64,000 nt of DNA from Macrostomum lignano (GCA_002269645.1 NIVC01001803.1:30123-94122), one strand, 5' to 3'. Positions 12,660 to 26,450 are shown, numbered from the stretch's first letter. Program-made: numbers and translations. Notes: a model not told the origin generated them from the sequence alone.

Positions 12660-14230
12660 GATTCGCTAATAAAACAAATCCAGCTGCTTGCTGGGTGGGA
12701 CGGGGCTGAGAGAATGTGCCGAATGCCGTTGGCCTTGACGACTTCGGCCAAATCAGCACTTGGAGGTGAATGGATGCCGGTTTTCCGACACCAGAGTGCT
12801 TGAAAGACCAAGACGAGCGAAGATCTGCAGACAGCTGATCTGTACAGCTATAGCAGCGCTGCTCATGACCTGCATCTCTGGCCCCTTGGTGTGCGCATCT
12901 ACCACGAGATCACCGCGAAGTCTATATGCAGCCGCTCACGCGGCTCGGTAGGTAACGACCTTGGCTGCATGGGGGCCTCGAAAGGTTCCGGTTGGTTGAG
13001 CTGACAGGTGCCACAGGCTTTGACAGCAGCCTCGAGATCCTTGTCGACGTTCGGCCACCAGACGCCAGCTTCTGGCCAGAGCGCGCATCAGGCAGATGGC
13101 TGATTAATATCATGATGAATTTCACGGAGCACCAGCTATCGATACCGCGACTCAGGTGCCCTACAGCCTTGATCTGTGTGCGCCGCGCCACTGTCTAGAC
13201 GAATGATGATAGACGAATCCGTGTCTTCGTCGAGCAGCAGAAAATTGACGGTCGCCTCTTCTTCGAACTGCTGAGGCAGCGACAGTCGTGACAGCGAATC
13301 GTAGTTGGCATGCTTCTACGACAGCCGGAACTCGAGTGAGCAGTCGTAGCTGACCGGCCGGGCAGCAGTGTTCGTCTGGATGCCCTTGAGCTCGCAGAGC
13401 AGCTCGAGCAGTGGCAGGATGGTCAGTGACGATGGTAAACATGCGACCGTAAAGCAACTGGTGAAACCGGTGCAGCCCGAAGATGATTGCTAGTGCCTCC
13501 TTGTCGAGCTGAGAGTAGCCGCGCTGAGCTGAGTTGAGGCTAGCGAACACCGACTTCGTCAGGACACGGGTCCTAGTTGCCGACACCGCAGGGTGAGGCA
13601 TCACATTCCAGCCGCAGAGTCAGCTCCGGGTTGTAGTGGAAGAGCACTGGCTTCTAGCAGAAGCTTCTTGGCCTCGCTGAACGCATTCTGCTGAGGCAGG
13701 CCCCGGTTCCACTGGACATCCTTGGCCAGCAGCTGGTTGAGAGGCGCCACCACGGTAGACAGGTTAGGCAGAAACCGGCCTTACTGTGTCAGCACGCCGA
13801 AGAAGGAGCGCAGCTGACTGACGTCATTGGGCGCCGGGGCGTCTTACACAACCGCGACCTGGTCCTTTAGTGGTCTGTGTGCAATCAATGAAGGATTGGG
13901 ACTTCTGTTTGTTCAGGCGGACTCCGGACTCCAGCAGGCGCCGCAGAACTTCTGTCAGATTATTCTTGTGCTCCTGCAGCGACTTGACTATGACAAGGAT
14001 GTTATCGACGAACACTTGGACGGTCTCAAGATCGGGAGTCCAGTGTCCTTTGGAAAATCACTGTGGTGCGCTTGATTCCGAATGGCATGCGGCTGAACTG
14101 GAAGAGCCCCTCGGTGTGTTGATGGTGGTGAATGCCATGCTGTCATCGCCCAGCAGAAGCTGCAGAAAGGCGATCGATGGACAAGTCCAGCTTTCTCCTC
14201 TTGCAGCCACCACTGAGCATGGCAAACGGA
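12660..14230 (-). mobile_element. Decayed Mag-type Gypsy pol (RT, RNase H, integrase) with many frameshifts
   Basis: Fragments FVDNILV..RLNKQKSQ, FASLNSAQRGYSQLDKEALAIIFGLHRFHQ and NGIRHILSAP.HPAS are collinear with the intact element. Confidence 0.9.
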
Positions 14231-14235
14231 GTCTG

Positions 14236-14590
14236 AGTGCTGGGTGTCTGAGAGCTGAGTGTCTGAGGGCTGGGTGTCTGAGTGCTTGGTGTCTGGGTAC
14301 TGGGTATCTGAGTGCTGGATTTCTGAGTGCTGGGTGTCAGAGTGGTGGGTGACAGAGTTCTAGGTGTCTGAGTGCTGGGTGTCTGAGTGCTGGGTGTCTG
14401 AGTGCTGGGTGTCTGAGGGCTGGGTGTCTGAGGGCTGGGTGTCTGAGTGCTGGGTATCTGAGGGCTGGGTGTCTGAGTGCTGGGTATCTGAGGACTGGCT
14501 GTCTGAGGGCTGGGTGTCTGAGTGCAGGGTGTCTGAGGGCTGGGTGTCTGAGGGTTGGGTGTATGAGTGCTTGGTGTCTGAGTGCAGGGC
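14236..14590. repeat. 15-bp minisatellite (GAGTGCTGGGTGTCT)
   Basis: Directly visible tandem units. Confidence 0.93.
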
Positions 14591-15199
14591 TTGGTGGATA
14601 TGGAACGATCAGCTCAAGTTGTAGAAACAACAAGAGCTACAGGTGAGGGTTTCCTCCTCAGACGTACATTGAGTCAATCTTCACCGCTGCCTAAGGGCGG
14701 AATCAGAAGGATCCGCATGGCAACAGACCTCAGTAGAGTTGGTATAGGGCTGACAGTCAATATTGATGAACTTCCGTGATTGCCTGGAGTTTAAGGCCAC
14801 TAAATAGCTTTAGGCAAAGGACCAGGTTCAAGCAGTCACTGCTGATGAGGGGAGCGGGTTGCTCAACGATGCTGGGTGAGCCATCCGGATGTGGCCTGTG
14901 GCGGTCCGGATCACCAGAAGAGTCCTCCGAGTCTGGGGAAGGTGGGCTACGCTTAGCTGGTGAAGCTGATAGTCCAACTAGTGAAAGAGGCGGGATCAAA
15001 TAATGCAAAACTATTTGAAGGCCCGCTTTGTTTACGTGTATTTAGCGATGTTTGCCTTCACAAAAGCATTCTGTTCGACTGGTTTAAAGAACCCTGCACT
15101 GGGCCTGAAGCTTTGTGCCTCGGAAACGCCGAAATAGGTGTATGCAGAATTTGCTAAGGTTCTTAAATTATTTGTAAGATAAACCTGTCGGCCTCTCCG

Positions 15200-15540
15200 A
15201 GCGGGACTCTGCCGCTTCGAGAGCACCACGGTGGCAGCTTTGCTGTTGGCTTGGGACGCGACTATCATGCAGACCTGCGCCCCCAGTCACCTGCACCTCG
15301 CTGCCACCTCGGCCGAGGACCGCAAAGCAGCCAAGTACTTCGATCTGGGCGACCACCACGACTTCCGCATGGTCGGTGTGGAGACTCTAGGCCCCTTGGC
15401 CCCCATGCCCTGGAGCTGGTTGTCGCTCTTGCGGCCCGCATTCTGGGGAGCGGGGGACCCGGGTGCGCATCTTACGGCGACTCGAGGCGGCTGTGCAGGC
15501 TGGAAACGCCCGCACAAAGCTTTCTGCGGTAGGCCGTCTG
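15200..15540 (+). mobile_element. 3' fragment of an RLE-type (CRE/NeSL-like) non-LTR retrotransposon, frameshifted
   Basis: LLAWDATIMQTCAPSH..SAEDRKAAKYFDL..FRMVGVETLGP..ALELV..RRLEAAVQAGNA matches the WD-T / AE.RK..KY / ET.G / R.S.A.Q.GNA pattern of restriction-like endonuclease domains (family knowledge). Confidence 0.75.
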
Positions 15541-15894
15541 AGTTTTAATTCCTGCTCTCATTTAAATTATTGGCAGATATTATGGTAAAATAATTATAAC
15601 ATTGTAAACTTTACTGCAATAGGTATAGCTATTGGATTTTGGATAATAGATATGCTATATTTTAATATTTTTAGTTGTTTAAATTTTGTCATTCCATGCA
15701 AAGTTTCCAAAGAACGCGAGTGTCGTGTCCTTCTACTTTAGTAGTCCGTGATCGCTTCTAGTCCAGTGGTTTCAAGAAGCCCATTTTTTTACGACTTGCT
15801 TCCAATCCAGGAGATTTAGGAAGTCCCTTCAACATAGCTTATTCACAAAAAAACAAAATAAACTTTAGCTCTCACATAGCTATGATAAAAATAT

Positions 15895-16148
15895 GGCTGG
15901 TGAATGGCTGCCTGAGCACGGAATTGTTGAGCACTGCAGCTGGTGAATGGCTGCCTGAGCACGGAATTGTTGAGCACTGCAGCTGGTGAATGGCTGCCTG
16001 AGCACGGAATTGTTGAGCACTGCAGCTGGTGAATGGCTGCCTGAGCACGGAATTGTTGAGCACTGCAGCTGGTGAATGGCTGCTTGAGCACGGATTGTTG
16101 AGCACTGCAGCTGGTGAATGGCTGCTTAAGCACGGATTGTTGAGCACT
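15895..16148. repeat. 43-bp minisatellite, about 6 copies
   Basis: The unit CTGGTGAATGGCTGCCTGAGCACGGAATTGTTGAGCACTGCAG recurs at 15897, 15940 and onward, with no spacers. Confidence 0.95.
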
Positions 16149-16281
16149 GGCTTTGGCTCTGTCCAGATTTAGTGCTGGCTTGAGGCTGGAAGATCAAAAG
16201 CAGCGCAGCAACTCCTCCAATGCAAGGCAGCCAATGCACATTTTCAGTACAGGCCTGTAGGTGGGCGACTTCCTCATCGGT

Positions 16282-16950
16282 ATCTCAGAATCGCTCAGTA
16301 TCTCTCAGAATCTCAGAATCTCTCAGCACCTCAGAATCCTCAGCATCTCAGAATCTCTCAGCATCTCAGAATCTCTCAGCATCTCAGAATCTCTCAGCAT
16401 CTCAGAATCTCTCAGCATCTCAGAGTCTCTTAGCATCTCAGAATCTCTCAGCATCTCAGAGTCTCCCAGCATCTCAGAATCTCTCAGCATCTCAGAATCT
16501 CTCAGCACCTCAGAATCTCTCAGCATCTCAGAATCTCTCAGCATCTCAGAATCTCTCAGCACCTCAGAATCTCTCAGCATCTCAGAATCTCTCAGCATCT
16601 CAGAATCTCTCAGCATCTCAGAGTCTCTTAGCATCTCAGAATCTCTCAGCATCTCAGAGTCTCCCAGCATCTCAGAATCTCTCAGCATCTCAGAATCTCT
16701 CAGCACCTCAGAATCTCTCAGCACCTCAGAATCTCTCAGCATCTCAGAATCTCTCAGCACCTCAGAATCTCTCAGCATCTCAGAATCTCTCAGCACCTCA
16801 GAATCTCTCAGCACCTCAGAATCTCTCAGCACCTCAGAATCTTCAGCACCTCAGAATCTCTCAGCACCTCAGAATCTCTCAGCATCTCAGAATCTCTCAG
16901 CATCTCAGAGTCTCTCAGCATCTCAGAATCTCCCAGCATCTCAGAATCTC
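16282..16950. repeat. 18-bp minisatellite (TCTCAGAATCTCTCAGCA)
   Basis: Directly visible. The SQNLSA and SESLSI ORFs are its translations. Confidence 0.95.
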
Positions 16951-19174
16951 AACCATCTTAAGAATTTTTTTGCACTCTCATCAAAACAAAATACTAGCGA
17001 AAATAATTTCTCAGATTCATTTTTTCGGTTTCAAATTTAAACAAAAATAAGCACATTCAGCTTTAATAAGTCCTGATAGTAGTATGAAATGGAACAAGTT
17101 AAACAATGATCACTTGCGAAGCGCAAAATTACCAAAGGATTGCTGAACAGCCCAATTGCGCGATTCTTGAGCTTTCCGCTGCAGTCAAAGTGCCCAGCTC
17201 ACTGTGATGTCAGCAAGCGACAGGCAATGTTTATCTTATCACAAAGCTTCAACGATTGCACAGCTACTCAAAATAGTCAACAGTTAAACAGCTGCTCAGG
17301 CAGCTGTCTTGCCCAGTGTTGCTTTCGACCCAGCTTGACGTCACTGTCAGCTGATTTTTGGGCTGCATGGCTGCTCTTCTCATGCCAGCTCTTCGCGACT
17401 CTCTTATCGGGATGAGCTTGCTCTGATCTGCGTTGCAGCTTCGGTGGCTCAACTTATCTTGTTTTCTCCTGGGTCTGATTTTAGGTGCAACCTGTGGCAC
17501 TTTTGCCTTTTTCGGTCTGGCCTTGCTGCGAATATGAAGCTTTTGTTTGGTAATCGTTTTCGTGAGACATCTCGCTTGCACTCCAGTGTCCAGTTCGACC
17601 TCCGCCTGCCTTGGTCAGGTGACTTCGACAGTTAACATGCTCAGCAAGGCATTTGAACAAATAAATGCTAGCATGTGGTAGGGTTTCCAGCTAAAATAAT
17701 AATTCTACACACCTGCTCATGGATCTGTTACTCCACAGACAGCCTCCCAGCCTCTGCAAGCCATGGATCTGACATTACATTCTTTAAAACAATGAAACTA
17801 TCAGCACTCATGGCTAATGCATAGAAAATTTGCAGACAAGTTAGCAGGGCCGAAGAAGTTTATCTGATAAACACTCAAATGCACGTGATTCAGCTTGAAA
17901 CAGTCACAAATTTTCAAAGAATTCATACTTTAGGAATGCTTCACCTTTAAGCATTTGGGCATACACAGAGCCGCAGGCAGGCAAACTCCAGCGCCAAGTT
18001 GCCTCGAGTCCGGCTTATCTGCTTTTAAGAAACTTTTAAGCGACTTTTCGCTGCTCTTGGAAAGCAAAAAAACTGGCACGAGGCGCTGCAGAGTCTTTCG
18101 ATACGATTCCGAAAAAAACTTTAGCAAAACTCACTAGGAGGTTTTTGGAGAAGCCAACATATTGCTAATGCTTGGCATGAATTGCAATTCTGCAACATGA
18201 TGAAGTGAAGCATTTGTGCTGCAATGCATCCGAATTCAACTGTCAAGACTTTGTTTTCAGTCAATGCAGGTGCCCACCCAGCCTGCAAAGATGAAGGCAC
18301 CAACCCCGCCTCAGTCATGAATGAACTCCAATGTATAAGTAAATTATTTCAATGCAATGTACTTCTGGGGAAACCAATGAAAAACACTTGTGCAATCAAG
18401 AAGATGCTTTACTCCGCGATAGCCGCTCTCTGCTTCATCAGATCCCAGCTGAAACGTGTACAGTCCGATTTCGCGGCAGAACAGCCTGAGGACCTTCAAC
18501 TTCGCAGGACATGGATAGCTTGCTTCCATGAATTCGCAACAGCTTCATGACTTGCTATATCATTTTTCTATGCTCGCGGCAACAGTTAACTGATTACTTG
18601 GTTCATTCTCTAAAGGCTGATCTAATGTAGCGCATATATTTAGCTCGTAGTTATAGCATGGTAAAGTTGAATCGTTACACGATTGCACCGACTGTCATAG
18701 GCAAAAACAGAAGTAAAAATAGTCAGAATGATCCATACAACAAGAGATACAGTCACAAAGCTTCAATATGACTAAAAAGCGACAAAATGAGTTGAATCCG
18801 AGTCGGGAATCAGCGAATAAAGGTGATTCCCACATGCCCAGGTCTGCGAGCTGCGCTGCTGTGCTCATCCCCATATCTTTGAATGATTCTTTATCGGCTC
18901 CCATTTTGAGGCAAGAAGCAGCTCAATCGGGCTGAACAGTGCCTGCAAACAGCAGCTATTGAGACGCTCCCTGTGTGTTGGGTTGCTTCTTTTCTGAAAC
19001 CACTGCTAATTCCAAAGGAAATCCACATTTAGCAGTCGGATTTTTAGCAGAAAGGTTGCGTTATAGGGTTGATGCTCGGGATGCTGGGTGAATGATGAGG
19101 GGTCAATTCGCTGGGTGAATGATGGGATGGATGATCCAGGGTTATTTTTTATTAGAGGCAGGGGTTGTGTGCAC

Positions 19175-19469
19175 CCTGGCGCACTTTAAGCGACATAGGC
19201 ACACAACCGGCGAGAGGCATTACTGCCCATTCCGCCGACTCCCCTGAGCAGGCATACAAGCGCGCGGATACATACGCAGGCACACACTCACACAGGAGTG
19301 TACAGCGGCCCTAACTTTATTTTATCGTTAGGCATGTACACTTCACTGCGCCTTGGGTGGTTGGCTCTCAAGGCCGTTAATTGCACGAGCAGAGCCAAGC
19401 CGAGATTCAAATTCAGCCCCAAATTAATTCGCACCAGAGCCTGCGCTAGACCGCTGGGCTACGGCCCCC
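19175..19469 (-). mobile_element. Old tRNA-derived SINE
   Basis: The minus strand starts GGGGCCGTAGCCCAGCGGTCTAGCGC (tRNA-like 5' arm and A box) and has a degenerate B box (GAATTTGAATCTC). No complete cloverleaf. Confidence 0.6.
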
Positions 19470-19741
19470 TATGATCCAGGGTTAGTTGTTTTGTGAATGC
19501 TGGGTGGGAGAAAACAATCCTGTCACACTTAACAAGCCGCATCAGCTATCAATACCAGCGACAACAAGGAAAGCAACCCCGCACTGTCTCTTCACAGTTG
19601 GTGAAAGGGAAAGAGTTTGCTTGGACTCCAACGGCTTGGATATCTGAATGAAGGCATGAAGGAATGAAGACATCCAACTTAGCCTCACTGGATTTCTACT
19701 CTCAGCTCTACTCTATCTTTTACTCTACAGCTCAGATTCTG

Positions 19742-20716
19742 TCATTTCCATGCACCGAAAAACGAGCTAAAAAATCCCAGCTGCAGCTTCCTGTCCGTCA
19801 GGAACTCGTGCTCCAGCAGCTCCTGTGCCGATTTTCTTCTGCGGTCCTTGGCGGTGCAGCGGCTGTGGAAGTCCCTCAGCTCTGCGGATCGGCCGTCGGG
19901 CAGGACGGGGGCGCCCCTCCTCTCAATCAGCTGGGCCATTCCTAAAAAGTTCCTGGCGTCTGCAAACGGCCTCGCGCCAGACACCATCTGATATACCGAG
20001 CAGCCGAAAGCCCAGATGTCTGACTCTCTGCTGTACTGCACGCTGTCCGACTCTCCTGCTCCGAGCAGCTCTGGCGCCATGAAGTTCAGAGTGCCTTTGG
20101 GTGACTGAGTTGAGGTTAAGATGTGGCTGACTGACTGCTCCAGCTTGATTGACAGGCCGAAGTCGATCAGCTTGATTCGCGTGTTGTCAGCACAAACAAT
20201 TATGTTGGAGCAGTTGATGTCTCTGTGGATCACGGGCGGCTGCCGGCTGTGCAGGTAGAGCAGCGCGCGGCAGATCTGCGAGCGGTCGGTCAGTGAGCAG
20301 TCATCATTCATGGGAGCATGTAACAGGAGCATCAAGGATGCACAATGCTCACCTGCTTGCTGAAGTCTCGAATCGTCACCTCGTCGAGCGGCTTTTTGTC
20401 GATAAACCTCTCCAAGCTCCGGCCGTTCAGCAGCTCCATGAACACAACGACTGTGGCGGGCTCCGGCTGAGCGATGTGCAAGAACCTGACGATGTTGGTA
20501 TGCCGCAGTCGGCACAGGTTTCTTTCGCTCTCGACAGCTCTGTGGATCTCTGAGCTCATAGAGAGCAGCTCATCACCGAGCTGCACAGGCAGTCTGAGAG
20601 TCTTGGCAGCGCACGTGACGCCCGTGTCAGTTCGAACTTCGTGGACTTCGCCGAAGCCTCCGCGGCCGATGAGACGAACGACGTCCCAGCGCTCCAGGAA
20701 CGGGGGGCCTTCGGGT
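19742..20716 (-). CDS. Protein kinase domain of gene B; exons 20716-20353 and 20275-19742
   Basis: IGRGGFGEV..CAAK..ESERNL..HRDINCSN..DFG..GTLNFMAPE..SDIWAFG. A 77-bp intron lies at 20276-20352 and the phase-2 acceptor at 20717. Confidence 0.88.
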
Positions 20717-21874
20717 CTGAGGGGATGCGAATTGAGGCAGTTAACGTTAGTTTGCATGCTGTAGCTGTGTGTGCTGTAGCTGTGTGTTGTAGTTGAGTGT
20801 GCTGTAGCTGTGTGCTGTAGTTGAGTGTGCTGTAGCTGTGTGTGCTGTAGCTGTGTGCTGTAGCTGTGTATGCTGTAGCTGTGTGTGCTGTAGCTGTGTG
20901 CTGTAGCTGTGTGCTGTAGCTGTGTATGCTGTAGCTGTGTGTGCGGTAGTTACGAGTATGTGCTGTGGGAACTGAAAGATGCTGAAGGAACTTACGGCAG
21001 TTCCAGAGGCTCGTCGAAGTAAATCCTGCCGTCGTACCTAAATAGGCGATGCACAGTCTGTTAGGGAATTCAGAGAGTCCACGCTTTTTGGTTTATTGTA
21101 TCACTTTATCAATTTTCATTTGTTTTAAGTGTCGAGCAGGCAAAGTTGATCTTTTTGCAATAATACAGAAGAGGACCACAAAAGGAACTATCCATGTTAT
21201 TTTGAACTTAAACAGCAAAATGGTGGCTGGTTTTTCAGAGCTCGCAGGAAACTAAACCTTATTATTTAAATTGCAATCGGGAGTCAAACTGCACTGCAAA
21301 CTCCTGAATCCCACTCAGTCATTTTAAACTAAATAGGCGTGCAGGAATGTTTTTTGAGCACGCCAATTGAGAAAATTGGAATTGAGAAATGCGCAAGGTT
21401 TGCTTATAACAAAGATTTTTTTAATTTTTATTTTAGTTATAAAAAGATTTTTTAAAATCTAAAATACTGTTGAAACTTCCGGATTTTTATCCTGCTGAAT
21501 TCCAATCATCTGAACTATTTTTAATACTTTCTTGAGTCTAAAGTCATACTAAAAAAAAAGTGTTTTTAGCTAATATGGAGGTAAACAAAAGTGAAGTAAA
21601 TTCGTGTTAAATTAAGATTTAAAGCCTTCTGTCCTCTCCTAAATCTTCTTCTCGCTCTCCTCTATCCTTACTCTTGTCTTCAGTCTCCTTTTTCGCGGAA
21701 TAACTTTTGGATTTTATAATGTTTTCACATACATGTATAGTTTCTAGGATTCAAAATCAGCAGATTTATACTACGCTGGTTACAACAGTATGTTCAATCA
21801 AAAATTACAGCACCTTGTTTATCAATGATAAATCAAAGTCAGAGAGACATTCTCAAGTCGCCATGGAAACTCAC

Positions 21875-22673
21875 CCACGCAGCAGCTCAGCCAGTCCGCT
21901 GTTTCCCTTTTGTGTGGCCAAATCCAGCGCAGTCCTGCCGTCTCTGTCCTTCAGGCTCCAATCCGCCCCTAAGTCCAGCAGAACCCGACCGACTGCGGCG
22001 GCGGTGGCGGGGGGCGCAAAGAAGGCTGCCAGCATGAGGGGCGTGGAGTGACAGTCATTCCTGGCATTGGCGGAAGCTCCGGCAGCCAGCAGATCAAAGG
22101 CTGCGGCAAAATTGCCAGAACGTGCTGCCGAGTGCAGGCAAGTGGTAGAAGATATATCCGCAGAGGTAGGGTCACCCAGCTGCACCAGCTGCTTCCACAG
22201 AGCCTCCTCACTGCACGAGCTGTTCTGAGCAGCCCACATCAACGCAGTGTGACTCCAACTGTCAGGCAGGTCGCAGCTGTTGCGAGTCGCTGCTCGCCGC
22301 AGCCCCCCCCCCCCGAGTTGCCCGAATCGGCCAGCCGCTGCAGTTCCTGTCGATCTGCCTCCTCCTGCAATGGCAAGTGAGAAATTTGAGCACAGCTGCT
22401 CAGCTGCAGCCGCATCGGCACCTCAGATGTCACTCACCTGAGCTGTCAGGCCGGAGATCCTGCCACGTGCATTCACAATTAGCCGCATCTCCCTGCAGCA
22501 GCAAAAATTAGAAGCAAATCCGCAATTTTCTTGACTCCAACAATTACGAGCGTACGATTGTCAAATAAAACTTTAAGTTGCGCAATACTATTTCCATGAT
22601 AAATTTAGTAAGCAAAAATCCCTAACTTTCTGAGCTGCTCGCAGATGCACTTTCCAAGAGGCCTGCAGTAGCT
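21875..22673 (-). CDS. Linker exons and second ankyrin block of gene B (exons 22673-22627, 22492-22438, 22364-21875); apparent frameshift in the C12 run at 22303-22314
   Basis: SYCRPLGKCICEQLRK|EMRLIVNARGRISGLTAQ|EEADRQ..TALMWAA..TCLHSAARSGN..STPLMLAA..KDRDGRTALDLATQKG..LAELLR. The phase-2 donor at 21874 matches the kinase acceptor. Confidence 0.75.
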
Positions 22674-23048
22674 CTGCAACAATCAGCATTGGCGAGAGCG
22701 CATCCGACGTCTCACACTCCCTCTCATTTTCCATTTCTGCAGCATGAGTTTCCTTCCATCTTACAATAACAAAGCACTCACGCACAGCCTCCCAGTTCTC
22801 CATCTGCAGCACAACCCACACACTATCACTGCACACCAAGGCCCTACAGCTTCCATTCTCGACTGAGATCAACCGGCACCCCATTGGCTGGGAGGCAGCC
22901 AGCCAATCACAGCTCTCGCCCATCAAGCAGTCAGCCAGAGAGAAGCTCAGCTGACTGGCTCTGATTGGCTGGCCTGAGACTGCAGCTCTGGCCACCCCAG
23001 CCGAATGCTGCAAAACTTGCTGGACACAGCAGCGAACTGCTCACTCAC

Positions 23049-23843
23049 CGGTCGATGTAGCTGGCCAGCTCTGAGTGGCCGCTGAGCCTCGCCAGGTCCG
23101 ACGCCTTCCGACCCTCGCGATTCTTCAGTTCGAGCAGCCGCGACCTCTTCGAGTTTTCGTGCTTCCCGCACTCATTGAACCTTTCCTGCCTGAGCAGGTG
23201 CAGTAGGTGCTTGGCGCATTTCCAGCTTCCAGTCCGCGCCGCCTCCATCAGCGGAGTGGCGCCGTTGTCGTTCAGCAGCCACTTCGCATTGAACGATAGC
23301 AGCGTTAGCAGCCGCAGGTGGTCCCGCCGGGCTGCCAGGTGCGCAGCCGTGTCGCCATTCGCGTCAGCCGCCTTGGGGTTCGCGCCCAGCTCAAATAAGT
23401 ACAAGATGCACTTTTCAGTGTGCACGGGAGTCTCAGGAGCGTCGGCCACCAGCATGAAGACGGTCCGACGAGCTGCATCAGCGCTGGTGACCAGCTGGCG
23501 CGTTGCCAGCCGCCGCACCTGTCCGAAGTCTCCTTGGATGACGTCCTGGGCGAGATTGTGAAGATCGGCTGGTGAGTCTCCGACGCTTGTCCGGTTGGTG
23601 GGGTCCGGCAGAGTCAGCTGAATCATGCTTTGCTCAAAAAGAAGTTCGTCAGCGACTTTAGTCAGCTGCAATTGAGGCACCCAAGCTGCACAATCAAACA
23701 TGGGAGCCAGTTCTTGCAACTGCAATTAAGCCTCCAATATAAATATGCTTCAATTTTATCTCTTTAACTGTACTTACCCGTTTGACAACATCCTCTCTCG
23801 TCATAAGATGATCGTCATAAGATGATCTCAGTCGCTCTGCCAT
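23049..23843 (-). CDS. N-terminal exons and first ankyrin block of gene B (exons 23843-23778 and 23719-23049)
   Basis: MAERLRSSYDDHLMTREDVVKR|LQELAPMF..DANGDTAAHLAARRDH..NDNGATPLMEAARTG..EGRKASDLARLSG. Paralogous to 9219-9947. Confidence 0.8.
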
Positions 23844-24539
23844 GGCTGCAAGCTCAGTCACAGGTGTCTCAACTCAGCCCGAGAGTCCGGCAGGGCAGCG
23901 GCCGCCTCTGCAGCAGATTTTATTGGCCTTGAAGCAGCTGCAGCGAATTCCTTCTCACCCTGCCTGCTCAGATTGCGGCTGCTTTTGTTGGCTTGTGCGG
24001 CCGCCTCTGCCCAGTCTTCTGCCTCTCCCATTGGTTCTGAGCTCTGAGTGTGCTGTATTTGGATTTGTGCAATGGGTGCGGTTGGGCGTAATACAATGTG
24101 GACCTGGTGACGCAACTGAGAAGAATTTTATTGCAAATTGTTATTTCAAGATGGTGAGGAACCTGCGCTGACGGTTGAAGGTTGTTGAGATCTGGTTTTT
24201 AGGCAGCGAATTGAATGAGGTTCGAATATAAATGGCTTTCGAAAATGAAAAATTAAAGGATTTTACTAGTAGCGAGTAGTAGTATGTTGGAAAGTTTTAG
24301 TCATTTTTAGTGATAATACAGATAGAATTAATAGGATTATAAAAGCTGTGGAGGATTCTGTCCTGATAGTGACTGATTGGGAATCAAGCAAGTTGCACAT
24401 GCATTGGGTTGAAGACCTTCTTTGGGAATAATCGGTATAGAAGTACATGTAATGGGATTATGGAGCAAGTGAAAACACAGCCCCAGAATTCCCTCTGCCT
24501 ACATTGTGACATCTGGAACACTGCTGAAGTCGTTAGTCA

Positions 24540-25190
24540 CAGATGAAGCAAAACCAGGTCCTTGCTCGCTGGTTGTTGGCTTTGACGATTTCGGCAAACT
24601 CGGCACTCGAAGGTGAATTGAGGTCCATTGTTCGGCATCAGGACCTTTGCAAGGCCAAGGCGAGCGAAGATCTCCTGTCGACAGTTGATCATTGCAGCTG
24701 CACAGTGCTGCGCATTATTTGCATCTTCCTCTTTGAACTGGGGAGACAGCGAGCCTTAATTGGCATGATTCTCCATTGGCTGGAACTCAAGTGAGTAGCC
24801 GTAGCTCGATGGTGAACCTGCGGCTATAGAGTGAAACCGGTGCAGCTCGAAGACGATTGCCAGCAGCAATTCTTGTCGAGCTGCGCTGAGGCTGCGGCTG
24901 GCGAAGGCCACGTACGGCGCGGTGCTGGTCGCCGATTCGGTGGGACAGCACCACACCGACACCGTAGGATATGAGCACTGCGGTTGAACTGAGAGCCCGC
25001 CCTCCGAGTTTTAATGGTGACGAATGTCATGCTCTCGTCGTCCAGCAGAAGCTGCACTCGGTCGTTAGAGAAGTAGAACTGAGTCCACTTGCTTGGCAAA
25101 CAGGTGGGGTCCTCGGTGAGGGACAGCGGCTACTGCTCAGCCTGGCACGCTGGGTTCAAGGTCTGCGTAAAGTCGCTGTCTCATAAAGAC
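24540..25190 (-). mobile_element. Decayed Gypsy pol fragment (RT, RNase H, integrase), part of the A/B segmental duplication
   Basis: YGVGVVLSHRI..VAFASRSLSAA..LLAIVFELHRFH. Its flank 24040-24500 is homologous to 12200-12650. Confidence 0.8.
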
Positions 25191-25779
25191 ACTTGGAGTA
25201 GATTTTGAGACACAAGTTGAGTTGTCAAAAGATGCTTAAGCAGCTGACTTAAGCATGCAATTGTCGACATTAAAGACACTATACTCGTACTGTAGTTGAA
25301 TTTTCAAAGAATTGGGAATTTTCGAAGACATTTTACATGTGTAAGAACGAGGGCGTCATGAACAGGTAAGCTGTGTCCGGTTCCATTCTAAAACTCGGAA
25401 ATTTGCGATTTGAAATTTATGTTTTGGTTCTTAGAATTTGGGTTTCACCGGGCTCGCTTTCAGTCCAAAATGTTCTAGAAATCCATGAATTTTCTGACTT
25501 GTTTCCAGTCCAGGTGGTTCCAGGGGTTATATTTGGGCTTGTCGGAGACGAGCAATAGTAATTTGAAGCCGGGGGAGTCACCGGGTATTAAGTTGGCAAC
25601 CGGTTTTAAGCCTCTTGGCTCTTCATCAGAATAAAAATGTATCTAAGGTGCACTTGAACTAGAAAACCTAAGGACAAAGAATGATTGAAATAACAACTAA
25701 CAAGATTAATATTCCTGAATGGCCAATAACTTGAGTATAATAGTATTAATGCGTCATCCTGCGGCTCGTTATTGCGGCC

Positions 25780-26450
25780 GTCGAATTTGCCTTGCTTGGT
25801 AAGCGGCTCATCAAAAACCCGGCCTCTCCCACCTCCGGCAGGAGCGATGGAGAGCGGCGCTGAGCCCAGCGTCGCAATTGCTGAATCCAGCAGACACGCC
25901 AGTGCCTTCCGCCCATCGGTTGCCGCTGCCAGTCCTTGCGTTGGAGCTGAAGTGGCGCAGCAGAACTCGGTCGCTGACTTGGAGCTCGAGCGCATGCGGC
26001 TGCTGCTCCACCAACCGCTCTTGACGCTGCCGCACACTGCTCGTCAGCGATGACATCAGCAGGTACAGCCGGCTGCGCAGTCTGTGGCCGGTGAGCAGCT
26101 GGCTGGGGAGCCTCGCGCCTCGCCAGTGAACGATTGCGGCGTGCTGCGGTAGGACATCAGCACTCGCTACAGGGCTGCCGTTGAGTGCCCGCTCCTGAAA
26201 AGATGTCGGTTGTTGCCGGGTGGAACGGGAATGGGAAAATGTAGCGGATGCAGTTGCACCTCGCTGAACTGCGCGGAGATAAACTAGGAAGACTGCGACT
26301 CATGGAAAATACATCGCAGAGTCGCTCGATGATGACAGCAGACGTTTTGCTCTGCACCTGCTGCACCTCTGGCCACACACTAAAGGCTTCCACGATGACC
26401 AGGTACGTGTGACCGTCACGGGGCCTGCGAAGTCAAGGTGCAGCCTCGCC
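25780..26450 (-). mobile_element. Decayed Gypsy integrase fragment
   Basis: VIVEAFSVWPEV..SAVIIERLCDVF and QRQERLVEQQPHALELQVSDRVLLRHF resemble the intact integrase. Confidence 0.7.

Noticed and set aside
14650-14780. PKGGIRRI as the RT motif of the CRE-like element
   Set aside because: Only a short resemblance, and the following sequence does not continue as RT.
15895-16148. 43-bp repeat array as a possible CRISPR
   Set aside because: The units are head to tail with no unique spacers, there are no cas genes, and the context is eukaryotic.
16220-17050. Ser-rich ORFs of 276 and 259 aa
   Set aside because: The 18-bp minisatellite is open in several frames on both strands.
17100-18950. Several short protein-like frames downstream of gene B
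   Set aside because: I could not join them into a consistent exon chain or recognise a motif; left unannotated.
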